Origin: Paraspadella gotoi
Taxonomy: Eukaryota; Animalia; Chaetognatha
Assembly (NCBI GenBank): GCA_051294375.1
Contig: JBJCIZ010000239.1
Coordinates: 739,721 to 803,444 of the forward strand
DNA length: 63,724 nucleotides
Direction: 5' to 3'
The notes under the pieces: model-generated
Told to the model about the DNA's origin: nothing
What the model saw: the letters and a program-made list of their open reading frames with translations, nothing else
Database searches by the model: none
Shown: positions 1 to 13,629 of the stretch, in pieces
How positions within the stretch are numbered: position 1 is the first letter of the stretch
Layout: the number at the start of each line of letters is the position of its first letter
Made by a program: the position numbers and the translations under genes

Positions 1-3000
1 GATGTGGTGGCTTGAACCACTGAAAAGTGTGGGCGATCGTGTGGGCGGTGTGGGTAAATTGAGGGGAAAGGGGAAAAGGGAAGAGGATTGAGATTTCAGC
101 AGCATAGGATCAGAACAAAAACAGCTCAGAAAAGCGGAATAAAAACAGCATCAGCAGGAGCAAATCGGAAACAGCAGCAATAAACACAGAGAAGAAACGG
201 TTGCAGCAGCGAAACGAAGCAAAAAAAAAAAGCTACAGCAGCAGCGGAGTAGCGATACGCTTGAGAAGAAGAATCGTGGANNNNNNNNNNNNNNNNNNNN
301 NNNNNNNNNNNNNNNNNNNNNNNNNNNNNNNNNNNNNNNNNNNNNNNNNNNNNNNNNNNNNNNNNNNNNNNNNNNNNNNNNNNNNNNNNNNNNNNNNNNN
401 NNNNNNNNNNNNNNNNNNNNNNNNNNNNNNNNNNNNNNNNNNNNNNNNNNNNNNNNNNNNNNNNNNNNNNNNNNNNNNNNNNNNNNNNNGTGGTTATTGC
501 GTTTGCTGCGTTGTGATGATACTGTAGTGAGATGGTTTTGTGATAGTTATTATGATAGAGGGACGGAGTCGGTTTTTTTATTGAGAGAATGAGTCGAGAC
601 TTAAATGACGAGGATAAAGATGATGATGAAATAGAGTATTTAAATGAAGTTAGGACAAGATAAAAATTAAATCAAATATAGTATCATAACGTAAGAACCT
701 ATATTTGACATGTTGTATTCAGAAATAAGATTTAACAACACAGTTCTGACGATATTAAGTTTAACGGATCAGTACCATTGGGGCACACGTATACAGCATC
801 CATCTAATTTAATTAAAATGACCCTAATTACGGTATTATTATTTGTTACTAAATACTTATGCATTCATGAGAATAGACGACATATCATTAAATTATATCC
901 CAAGTACTCTCAGTACTACTTACATAAAAAGAGACTGCTGCCATCCTCCAAATACGCGAGATCCCAGAACTATCTCCTTTGACAGCCGCTTAATGTTTAG
1001 GACGAAATCATCATCAGGCAAGGTTTGTTGGCCAGAGTGGATCGCGATGAAATAAAAGTGTTTTTTTTCTTGAAATTATCCTCTTCCTTTTCGTTTGTTT
1101 CTCTTCCTCTTACGTTAATTCATTAGAAAAACTTCTTTTCGTTTCTATACATGGTACAATTTACAAGCGCCGGTAAAAAAAAAAATGAAACAAGTATTTA
1201 TAAGATATTAACAATATAAAATCCTTGAAGCCTTAAAAATATTAAGAGAATGATATACTTCAAAAGCTCTAAATAAATTCAGCTGCCCAGCTTCGTTCAA
1301 TTAAGATAAAAGTGATTATCTAAAATTTAAAATATTAAAAAAATATATGACAGTATTAAATTATTATAACATATAACAAATTTTTCCAAAGTCAGGGGCA
1401 AGATAGCTGGTTTATTAAATGAATGGATAATTTTTATTGTTTTTATATTATATTTATAAATTTCATAAAATTTATTATTTATATAAGTATCATGAAAAAC
1501 TGAGAAAAAAAGATTTAAGATAGCCAATATAATTTGATAAAAAATTTTAAATTTTCCCTCCAGCTATTGGACTTGAAAAATGTCTCATTTTGAGTATCCA
1601 ATAAATTAAAGCTGGCCATTAAAATTTTATACTGCAGTATCGTAAATATTCATTTTCTTAGATTTAAAGGCTTTCAGAAGATAATAATAATAATTTATTT
1701 ATTTCAAATTTCTTCAGAAAACTTGTGATATAAAGAAAAAATCATTAAAAAAGTGTGTTAAAATCAGAAAGATTTTCAAATCCATCTCCAGCTATCATTG
1801 CTGAGGCATATCAAAGTCGATTCTATAAAATTTGCATATATTAAATAGTTTTGGGTTTTTACTTTACCGATGGTAAGTCGACTCATAATTACATTAATTT
1901 GAGCAAACCAATGTCAGATCTTCCCTGATAATATCGGTAATTAATTAATTAATAATTAATAATAAATTAGGTATTATTTAATTAATAATTAATTTATTCA
2001 ATTAAATTATTTAATTATTAATAATTAATTATTAAGTTAATTATTAATTAATTGGGCAATTAATTAATGTGATCCGAAATGTTTGTTTTGATTAATTGAC
2101 TGATTATTAATTATTGTTAATTAACTATTGATTGATTAACTGATTAATTATTTGATATTAATACATTTCAGTACATTTAAAATAAAAGGAAAAGAAAGCA
2201 TAATAAATGTGAAACAGGTTCTTTGTTTTTCTATTTAAACTCATTTCCACTCAGACGATTCCATCGAAACTTCATATCCAGCCAATACACACTTCCCTAC
2301 CCACACAACAAATTCATTCCAATCCATCCCCAATCACGAGTAATTGGAGTTTTTTGCTAAGGTGGGAATGGGTTTGAAAATGACAGCGTTTTTTACCAGC
2401 GCTTGTAATTTGTCACAAGTAGACCTCTGGAGGTGTATTAATCTCCAATGCCCAAAGGCGGGACAACGGCCAGTTAATAAGGAATTTACGTTTCTTTGTA
2501 ATGAATACAGAGCCATTGAAAAAAATGTTTACATTCTATGTTCATGAGTTTATTTTTTTCCATCGTCTCGCATTTGGTGGGCAAGCTTCGAGGAAAATGT
2601 AGAAATCCATTTATAAATTATAAAACTTCATGAGTCCTGGTGAGCAGCGCCATGTCAAAAATAAATGAGACATTGATCCGACGAGGGTCGCTTCTCCAGT
2701 CCTCTTTTTCGACGACAAATGAACATAGTCTAACTCCTCCGACGTGGCTTCGGAGTCCAAGCGCTCAAAAAATGAAGACTAGCTCATGTTTATGAATACT
2801 TATTAAATATTATTATAATCTTTATAAATAACAAAATTTACCTAAATAATTTTAAAAAGTCTATTTAAAAAAGTTAAGCGGGAAAGATGTTTCTAATAAA
2901 CAAGCCACAAAAATCCTCTTCCTGAAGCCGCGGTTTGCTCGTCGCAAGCCATGGCTTTCGGATTAGGATTCACGGTAGATCATCTCGTTCGGGTTCCAAT

Positions 3001-4914
3001 ATAAAAAATGTAATCGAAACAAAAGCCTTTTGCTTTCTTCGGATTATTTTTAACCTTTAGAATATTAGACCTCGCGCTCCACCTAAAAATGAGAGTAGAG
3101 CATGTCTTCTAAATGATTCAAAATAGACATTCTTCGTGGGCATGACGTTGGGAAATTGAGCTAAAAAGGAGTTCTTTGATACCAAAACAAGCAATCAAAG
3201 CTTGGAAATTTTTTACCTTTTTTAAGCTCAATGATAGAAACCATGGGCTTTTCATATTAAAAGAAAATGGAGTTGGTCTTTCTTATTGAAGATGAGTGTT
3301 TACGTTTAAGTACGTTAGAAGGATCAAACCAGTCAACTTCAATGCATTTTAATATATGAAAAATGAAATTCGCTCGGCTCACCTCGATGCCTGCCAAGAC
3401 CCTACATTTCAGAATTAACCAGATATTACTATTTATAAGGCTGACCATGGATTTATATAGATGATTTCAGCGAAAACTTGATCACCCAGTTTCGACCGAA
3501 ACGAGGACTCGACATACCCGATTATCAATGATTGGGTTTATTTACTAACGACAGTTTTTTTTTCCTTTTCCCAGAAGATAGTGTACATAACCTGCATTTA
3601 CAATTCCTGCCTTAATGCTGCCCATCTTACATCCTTGCCCCTTATTCTGCCCATTTACATTCCTGCCTATTTAATAACTATCATGACTATTTCCTACCAA
3701 TCTTATCGTGAAAAATTGAACAAAACAAATACTGTCCTCTGCTCTCACCCGTTGCCGAGTACTAATCTTAAATGTTTAAATCAATGTTTTAAACGTCAAT
3801 CAGAATAGAAATACAAAAAATCTACTGGTCTCTATCCCCACTACAACAACCCTGAAATGTGGGAAAGAAACGAATCCTGTCTATATAAATACTCTTTACA
3901 CACGGACGTTCTGCCATCCCGAAGTCACCATGTCAGGTTGGGTCGGTGTGTAAGGACAGCGCGTACGTGGGCGTGTTGTGACCGTGCAGCGTTAACGCGA
4001 CCCGGGATCGAGCCAAAGCAGGCGTTGCCCTTGGAATTGTGGTTATTGCGTTTGCGCGTTGTGATGATGTATGAGATGTTTTGTGTAGTTATTTATGATA
4101 GAGAGGAGCGTTTTGTATGAGAAATGAGCGGCTTAAATGACGAGATAAAGATGATGATGATGATGACGCGACGGAAGACGCGCACGAACAAAGACGAGCA
4201 CGCCAGGCCGTGACGATGATCGACGACAGACGACGACGGACAATACAAAGACGAAGACACGACAAAGCGCCTACGTGACGATTGACGGACGAGACCTGTG
4301 ACACGACGACGACGACGACGAAGGCCTGACGTGACGACGACGGATGACGATACGATGACGTGACGATNNNNNNNNNNNNNNNNNNNNNNNNNACGACGAC
4401 GACTGTGACGAAGACGACGACGACGACGACAGTGACGAATCGCTTTCTCTCGATTGTCTCTTCTTCATCGACGATCGTTTCTCTTCTTCTGTCGCCGTCG
4501 TCGTCGTCGTCGTTCTCATTCGTTACCGTCTGTTTGCGCGGGAAATTTCGATTTTTTTTTTCTTCTGTCGACTCAAGATTTTTTCTTTCTTTTGGGATTT
4601 TAAAGAAGAAAAAAAAAAAGCCGAAAATTTGCGGATTAAAAAAAAAAAGAAGATTTCCCGACGTCGGTTCTTTTGATCCGTGAAAAGTGAGCGATTGTGA
4701 GGGGAAGGTATGAGTCAGTGAGTGGAGTGGAAAGTGAATGGGTGAACTTATAAGTGAGCGGGGGACGGGGGGAGTTTCTGCGTCGTTTGGTGAGTGAATG
4801 AGCGGAGAGGCAGAGGAATGAGCCACGTTGCATGTCGCGAAGGAAAAAATAAAAGAGAGTGGTCCTTTTAAACAATTGAAACATTCTTTGAAACATTATA
4901 ACGCTTCATTGATA

Positions 4915-5070
4915 GAAAAGCCAGGTTCTCTGGGAGGGAATAAACTAGACTGTGAGAGAGTCTTTGATAGAAAGCTTGCAGGGACCTGCTATGTCATTAT
5001 CTCGTAAGAGTGATGAAGGCCTTAAACCACCAAAGCCTGTCCCAAAGTCGATGGAAAGATAGCTTATTTA
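4915..5070 (+). repeat. Dispersed repeat family (possible SINE/LINE 3' end); copies near 11390, 35450, 40590, 49555 (+) and 43740, 54005-54150, 59320 (-)
   Basis: Shared GGGACC.GCTA.GTCATTATCT.GTAAGAG.GATGGAGGCCTTAAACCACCA...CAAGATAGCTT with a common 3' end and variable 5' truncation. Confidence 0.7.
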
Positions 5071-5546
5071 TTAAATGAATGAACGATTTTTATAATGGTA
5101 GTGTACCAATTTGACAAAATTTTAAGTCAATCGCCCCGTCCACTCATGAGTATTTGGCGTTCAAAAATTGAAATATATTTTTTTTTGTTTTTCCCATTTT
5201 AACTCGTTTCCACTCGCACGATTCTATGGAAACTTCATATCCAGNNNNNNNNNNATCAAAAAGGAAGGAAAGAATAAATTGAAGTCAATTTGAATGAAGT
5301 GAGTATGATAAATGAGATGAGGAGGAGGAGGAGGAGGAGGAGGAGGAAGAAGAGGAAGATGAAGAACAGAATAAGTGATAAAAAGAGTTCATAGTGGTTA
5401 ATACTAAGTCGGAATTTATATCGATGTAAATAATAATCAGACCCGTTATTAATTTTTAAAAAAAAAATACTGTCGACCGAATTAAAAAAAAAGAAAAAGA
5501 AATAGGAAAGTAAAGAAAGAAAAAAAAAGAAGCTGAAAGAGAATAT

Positions 5547-6510
5547 AAACAAGTTTGAGCAAACAATTTAGGATCTGCCCACGATCATTAGCGGTTATTA
5601 ATTAATTAATTAATACAAATTATGTGAACTAAAATAATAATTTAATTAATAAATTAATTAATTTGAACCAAAATGTTTGTTTTTAGGTCTTTTCGTCACT
5701 GACTACGACAAAAGCAACGACGATGATGATGACGACGACGACAATAATGCCGATAACGATTGACTTGATTGATTAATTAATTGATTAAATAATTAATTAA
5801 TTTATAAATGAATTGATTGATTGAATAATTAATTGATAGATAACTAAATGAATTGATTGATTAAATAATTAGTTGATTGATTAATTGACAGATTAATTAT
5901 CTAATTAATTATTAATTAATTGATTAATTGATTAATTAACTAATTAATTATTTGAATAATTAATACATCTTGTATTTACATTTATTATAAAATAAAAAAG
6001 CAGCATAATAATCAATTAGTGAAGCAAGTTTTTTTTTCATTTAAACTCATTTCCACTCAAACGATTCCATCGAAACTTAATTTCCAGCTTAATCACACAC
6101 TTTCCTACCCACATACAAAATTTTAAGTCAATCGCCCCGTCCACTCATGAGTATTTGGCGTTCAAAAATTGAAATATATTTTTTTTGTTTTTCCCATTTT
6201 AACTCGTTTCCAATCGCACGATTCTATGGAAACTTCATATCCAGCTCAATCACACACTTCCCTACCCACACACAAAATTTCATTCAAATCCATCCATCCA
6301 TCCATGCACGAGTAATTGGTGTTTTTTGCTAAGGTGAGACGGACAGACGGACGGACGGACGGACGGACATATTTTTTTTGCATAATTTATCATAATTCGA
6401 TGTTCTGAAATGATATAAGTGAATGCCCGACGAGATTGAGGGGGCGGACCGACGGACCGACAAAGTGAATTATAGAGTCGGGATCTTCTGATAAGCAGAT
6501 CCGACTAAAA
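5547..6510 (+). mobile_element. DINE-1/HINE-like non-autonomous Helentron-type element
   Basis: AAACAAG start, AT-rich (TTAA/TTGA)n body, tandem core repeat (TTTAAACTCATTTCCACTC..CCTACCCACAC), (GGAC)n microsatellite and terminal hairpin AGTCGG..CCGACTAAAAA. Confidence 0.65.
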
Positions 6511-8084
6511 ACAGGAAAGGCCTTTTCTCCCGTCGAGTTATTTATATCGAAAATCGCACAACAAAACTCACATGGGAAGCGAAATATTTTACGATTTAGA
6601 AAAAAAAAATGGGAATATAAAATGGGAATATAAAGCTAAATTATAGATGAAAGAGAAAAAGACTTATATAAAGGCAATAAATCCCTATCAANNNNNNNNN
6701 NNNNNNNNNNNNNNNNNNNNNNNNNNNNNNNNNNNNNNNNNNNNNNNNNNNNNNNNNNNNNNNNNNNNNNNNNNNNNNNNNNNNNNNNNNNNNNNNNNNN
6801 NNNNNNNNNNNNNNNNNNNNNNNNNNNNNNNNNNNNNNNNNNNNNNNNNNNNNNNNNNNNNNNNNNNNNNNNNNNNNNNNNNNNNNNNNNNNNNNNNNNN
6901 NNNNNNNNNNNNNNNNNNNNNNNNNNNNNNNNNNNNNNNNNNNNNNNNNNNNNNNNNNNNNNNNNNNNNNNNNNNACGTTACCCTATGCATTTAATATCT
7001 TCCTTAACCCGAGTCTTAATATCTTCCTTAATCCGTTGCTTCTATTTTCCGAATGTCGATCCCTTCCTTTATCACCACCCCTCCCTCCACATTCGGCTCC
7101 CGAAGCGAAAAAAACGACCGCTGCGTCTTTTGTTTTCGTTCGTCGAGATAAAAAACAAGGGAAAGACCTCCCGCGGTCACCTGCTGCCACCTGCCGGTTT
7201 TCCCCGAGCTTGAACGAAAGAAACAAGGGAACAAGGGATGTGGAAAAGANNNNNNNNNNNNNNNNNNNNNNNNNNNNNNNNNNNNNNNNNNNNNNNNNNN
7301 NNNNNNNNNNNNNNNNNNNNNNNNNNNNNNNNNNNNNNNNNNNNNNNNNNNNNNNNNNNNNNNNNNNNNNNNNNNNNNNNNNNNNNNNNNNNNNNNNNNN
7401 NNNNNNNNNNNNNNNNNNGAGAGAGAGAGAGAGAGATATTCCTTTTTTTGTCGTTTATTTCCAAGACAAACTGCTCCTCATAGTGGGCGGTCGAGCCTTT
7501 CGAAGAGAAAACGAAAGAGGATATATATTTTGTTCAATTCTTTTCATTATTTTGTTTATATAAATCTTTCTAAATTGAACGCGTACTTCTGTCCCTTAAA
7601 TGATCAATAATTATTTTATTTATAACGCGTGGCTAGATATATTGGGATAAAAAAAAAGTTGTAGGCGTTTTGCGACTTGCTAAAGACTCATTATGCATCA
7701 ATTGTCGTTATTGTTTTAGAGATGACTTTTTAAAAACGAAAATGACAATCTTACATTTTAAATGAGAATAAACATGAACATGACATGTCTTGAGAGCGGT
7801 TTTTATTCTTTTAACTCTTTACCTAATTAACAAACTTTAATCTTACTCATTAAACTTTTTAAAATTCTTTTTTTTTTCTTCATACTATTTTTTTTTCACT
7901 CTTATTTTTTCCCTATCTCCTTCTTTCTGTATCCTTTTGGTCGCAGGTTATAATACAATTCTTTAAATCTATAATCTATAAAGAATATTCTTTTATTTTT
8001 CTCATCCCTTCTTCACTCGACTTCAGCGCCAAAGGATCATAACCCCTTTTCTTAGAAATCCGGTCTTCCGAAGAACCAAGAGGA

Positions 8085-9220
8085 TTTTTAGTCGGATCTG
8101 CTTATCAGCAACCCGACTCTATAATCATTTTTATAACTCACTTTTTTCGGTCCGTCGGTCCGCCCCCTCAATATTGTCGGGCACACACTTATATCAATGT
8201 CAGAACATCGAATTATGATTAAATTATGCAAAAAAAATGATTTGTTCCGTTCCGTCCGTCTGTTCTGTCCGTCCCGTCCGGTCGTCCGTCCCACCTTAGC
8301 CAAAAACACCAATTACTCGTGATTGGGATGGATGGATTTAAATGAAATTTTGTGTGTGAGGATAGAGGGTAAGTTTGTGATTGAGCTCTGGAAATATGAA
8401 GTTTCTGATGGGAATCGTCCGAGTGGAAATGATTTTAAATGGAAAAAAACAAAAAAAATATATTCACTATTTGAATACCAATTGCTCATGATGTGGATGG
8501 GCTGATTTGACCTGGGATTTGTTATGTGGGTAGGAAAGTTGTGTGATTGAACAGGAAATCAAGTTTCGATGGAATAGTTTGAGTGGAAATGAGTTTAAAT
8601 GAAAAAAAACAAAAAAACCTGTTTTACTAATTGATTATTGCTTCTTTTCCTTTTAGTTATTAAATGTTCTGCGGATGTATTAATAAATCAAATAATTAAT
8701 CAGTTAATTAATCAATTAGTAAAATAAATTTAATATAATTTAATTAATTAGTCAATCAATCCGTCCATCCGTCCCATCTTAGCAAAAAGCTCCAATAACT
8801 CGTGAATTGGCTGGTTGGATTGGAATTAAAATTTTGTGTGTGGGTGGAAAGTGTGATTTCTTGATAAAGCTGGATTATAAAATTTCGATGGAATCGTGTG
8901 AGTGGAAATTAGTTTAAATGGAAAAACATAAGTCGAATTTTTACTAAAATCTTTTACTTATTTTAAACCAATAAAATACTCCAATTTAATCATAATTGAT
9001 GGAATAGATGAGTTTGAAATTTTGTTGTGTGGTAGGAAAACGTATGGACGAAGCTTGATATAAAGTTTCATTGGAAACGTACCAGTGGAAATGATTTAAA
9101 AATGAAAAAGAATATGAGTCACATTTACTTAGAATCTTTTTATTTATTTTAACCCATGATAGTTTGAGATGAAATTTGTGCTGAGCCGGTAGGAAAAGTG
9201 AGTGAAGAAGCTAGATATAA
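8085..9220 (-). mobile_element. Same HINE-like family, inverted copy with several core repeats (family 5' end seen at ~10860-10905)
   Basis: 8085-8640 is the reverse complement of ~6000-6510. Confidence 0.65.
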
Positions 9221-10316
9221 AGGTTTGACGGAATGCAAGTTTGAAAAATTATGCAAGGTTAAAAAAATCTTAAAAGCATAAGGATCGTCAGCTATTGCAT
9301 AAAAAGAGAGGAGAGAGAAGAGAGAGAAAGAGAGAGGTGAGGAGAGAGAGAGAGAGTTTGAAGAGAAAGAGAGAGAGTGAGAGAGAGAGAGAGAGAAGGG
9401 ACCATAAAATAAAAAAATCTTTAAAAGACTCAAGACTCGAGCCAGAGCCCACTATCATAGAAAATTAATGAAAATAACCGGAAAAAAACGATATGAATCA
9501 CTGCGATACGAATTGTTGATGTTACTAGGTAATTGATTGAGTAATACTAATGATTGATGTAATAGTAATTTATTGATGTAATAGGAATTGATTATTGATT
9601 TCCGATGATTAATCAATTATTGATGCGATTATAGTCATTCACTGCTGTGATGATAGTCATTCAGTGATGCGATGATGTCATTCATTTGATGGCGATGATT
9701 GTCTTCATTGATGCATGCGATTGATAGTCAAATAAAACAAACAATATGCGTGTATGAGTGAAAGAGAGAGAGAGAGCAGAGAGAGAGAGAGAGAGAGAGA
9801 AAGAAAGAGAGAGAGAGAGAAAGCAGATGAGAGAGAGAGAGAGAGAGGAAAGAAGAGAATAAACCACGAAAATCTCGGAGGAAAATATGTGATTTTTGTA
9901 TTGAAAAAAAATGCGCGGGAATAAATTGGCAATAATAAAAAGTTTTTAGAAGGAAAAAAATAATCAGGGAATTTTTCAAAAAACAACGATCCACGCAAAG
10001 ATCGGACAGATAGGGACAGACACACACGAGAGACAGAGAACAGTAGGCGAAGAGAGAGAAAAAGAGAGAGAGAGAGAGAGACACCCGCTGCCAGAGAAAA
10101 AGAGAAGAGAAAGAGCGTAGTATAATAATTTAAAGAGAGAGAGAGAAGAGAGCTCACAGCCCTTTACTCGTTAAAGAATCAGCAGTACTTATTGGCGCCG
10201 CACGTAGCGGAGCTATTCTTACCCCAAAGGACCCTGGGTTCGCGCCCTTGTTCGCGCGGCATCGTTTTTTTACATTAGTGAACCCAACATTATATCTAAA
10301 AAATTTTTTTGTAAAA

Positions 10317-10361
<45 letters not shown>

Positions 10362-10978
10362 AGCTGGACAGACGCCTGCCAGGAGCCGGAACTCGTTTTA
10401 GAAGAAGCAGTGACGGAGAAAAAGAGAGAGAGGAGAGCGACATATAATTAAAAACGTTTTTGTTTTGTAAATAAAACATAAACAAAATACCAATATTGAT
10501 ATGAAACATGAGAATTTTAAAAGATCTTGATGATTAGAAGCCAATATATGAAAATTCAAACTCCCTATGATTCACACTCAAAGCCATGATTGCAAAAAAG
10601 CATGAGACGAAAGCCTTAAACCGAAAAAAAATCTAGACAGGACGGCTTTTGGCCCGCCTGGCTCGATAATAGAGGATATTTGTTTGTTGATAAAATGTAA
10701 CAAAACATTTAATAACTGTCCTGACTCAATTTTAGGACATCGATGATGACAAGACTGAATATAAATTATTATTAATCTATTAATTAATTAATTAATTAAT
10801 CTATTAATTAATTAATTTAATCTATTAATTAATTAATTATTAATCAATTAATTTAAATTAATTATCGTAGGCAGATCCGGACATTGTTTGCTCAAAACTT
10901 GTTTTCTTTGCGCTTGTTGTCTGGAGGCCAGTAGCACAATTTTTGTCATCTCTCTCTCTCTCTCTCTTCTCTCTTTCC

Positions 10979-11029
<51 letters not shown>

Positions 11030-11114
11030 GTTAACATAAATTCCCTCACCCCTCTCCACATGAAAACAGAAAAGTTGGGAAAGAATTTGATCAGCAGGGT
11101 AACTATGAATCTCT

Positions 11115-11187
<73 letters not shown>

Positions 11188-13629
11188 CAGACTAGAGATT
11201 TGAGGAACCTCAGCTGCATCAGTAGGAAAAAAAAGTCAATCTCGGGAAAAGGATTTTTTTCTCTTTTTCTTTTTTCATCATTTATTCAGATTGATGCAAT
11301 CAATTTTATTTCTCAAATATTATCTTTTTATACAATTGAATCATACTTTGAAACATTATCCCACTTCATTAACATTGAAGTCGTTATTTTTGTAAGAGTG
11401 ATGGAGGCCTTAAACCACCTTAGCCGATCCAGAGTCAAGGGCAAGATAGCTTGTACCAATTTCTCGTGATAATTACATGATAATCAAAAAAACATTTTCC
11501 CCTAAGATCTAGCCAAAACTTTCTCGAATTTATCTTCACAAGTTAACTCTAATTCCACGCAATAAATCTTTTTCTTCATCGACTCGTCGTTGGCGCCGAT
11601 TCTGCAGAAAACCCAAACTCGTTGCCTCAATTAATTAAGAGGGGTGGCCCCTCTTTTCGTCGCTTTCTCTCTCCGTCACATTCTGCAATTTGCATTTTTT
11701 GGAAATCGATGGCGGGAAAAAAAAAACAGGGACAATTAAATCCACTCAATCTTAGACGCGCGGAAAGTTCCACGTTTGCGTCTTGAGTCGCGCAAATCGT
11801 CGTCATTGTCGTCGTCGCTGTCATCTTCGACGCTGAACATTCGATTCGACGAATTAAGCTGAGAAAACGCAGTTGTGTTTAGCGCCTTCGGCCGCCGCCG
11901 CAGCGCAGCTAACGCCGCCGCCGCCGCCCACGCCGCCGCCGCCGCCGACTTTCAACGCGGATATAAATCAAAACGGAAGAATCTTTTGCTCGAGACAAAT
12001 TTTATTCTCGTTTGTCTCAATTTCGTTTCTCTCTCTCTCTTTGGCTCTCTGTCAAGTCGGAGTTGACACAGTATCTCCTCTCTCTCTCTCTCTCTCNNNN
12101 NNNNNNNNNNNNNNNNNNNNNNNNNNNNNNNNNNNNNNNNNNNNNNNNNNNNNNNNNNNNNNNNNNNNNNNNNNNNNNNNNNNNNNNNNNNNNNNNNNNN
12201 TCTCTCTCTCTCTCTGTCTTTTGTTAACAGAAGAACAAAAGGTTTGAAAGAAAATGAGATGGAATAAGGACTATCACGATGACGACGACAACTATGAAAA
12301 AGATGATAACAATTTGGAATACATCTGTGAGAAAGACAACGTTAGCTACAACGAAGATGACAACGATAACGAAGATATCCTCAATGATATAGCAGACCAT
12401 AACGACGACGACGACGACGACAAAAATGACGACAAAGACGACGACGACAACGACGACGACAAGTCTGAAATGAAGAGGAATGGAGTTTTAACGAGTCGTC
12501 GTCGTCTTTCCATTTTCAACGATTAAATCTCGGAATCTTTTTTTTTTTTCTCGCTTTGGAAAAAAGAAAGAAAAAGTCATTGAAAAAGAAAGAATGATAA
12601 TTTGAAAACAAAATTGAAATGAATGAACTAATGTATGTATGAAAGAATGTATGAATAAATTTAATTATGTATGAATGAATGAATAAATGAATTAAATAAA
12701 TGAATGAACGACTAAACGAATAAATAAATTAATGATTGAATTAATAAATGAATGAACGACTAAACGAATAAATAAATTAATGAAAGAATGAATAAATGAA
12801 TTAAATAAATGAATGAACGACTAAACGAATAATTAAATTTATGAAGGAATGATTTAATGATTTAATGATTTAATGATTCGTTTGTCGAATCAAATCGACG
12901 AAGAAGGATGATAACCCCCCTTAACAACGACGACGACGACGACCAAAAAAAATCGGGGTTCCTAATCGATTCCTCCCGCTGAGCAGAAAGAGATTCGGGG
13001 GCGTGAAAAGTCAGCCTCTCATCTTGAGGCGGTCGGTTACCTCAGAAGCTAACTCACCTTTCTCCCTCCGGCTCTCTTATCCAGGAGCGCCCCCAATTTC
13101 GGTTCCTTTATCGCGGAATTTGAATTTTAACATTGATATTTAATCTAAATATATATATATTTTTAAACTCATAACCTTAATCCTTCAACCCTAATCCTGA
13201 ACCCTAACCTTAATCCTAAACTCTTACACTCAACTTTTATTCCTAATTTCTAACTTTAATCCAAACCCTAATTAACCCTAATCCCTAACAATAATCATTA
13301 ACCTTTTCCCTATCCTTAATCTTTAACCTAATCAATAACTTAATCCTTGACCCTAATCTTTAACCTAATCTTTAAAACAAAAAACAAAAAAATTAACCTA
13401 ATTCCAAATTTAAGAAGAAAAGGGGCGTTCTGGGAAAATAAGGCCCCTCCCCTCCCAACCTCTTNNNNNNNNNNNNNNNNNNNNNNNNNGAAGAGGTGAA
13501 GTACCGTTTTGTGGAGTGGTAGTCATCATCACCAGCGTAGACTTAATTAGAATTCGCAGATGACTTTGGAAGAAGGAGAGACTATATGGAAGGAGGGACC
13601 AATTGAACAAGAGGAGGTCGGAGAAGTAT

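Noticed and set aside
490-630. Degenerate direct repeat of 4040-4160
   Set aside because: Both copies adjoin gaps and differ by indels; likely gap-fill redundancy.
700-3500. Coding-like fragments on the minus strand (for example FIAIHSGQQTLPDDDFVL)
   Set aside because: Multiple stops and frameshifts and no family recognised; possibly a decayed transposon, needs a translated search.
11627-12526. GC-rich (GCC)n island and Asp-rich ORF as a gene start
   Set aside because: Trinucleotide repeats explain the ORFs; no recognisable protein or linked exons.
13170-13400. True telomere or chromosome fusion site
   Set aside because: Repeats are highly degenerate, short and dispersed through the window.
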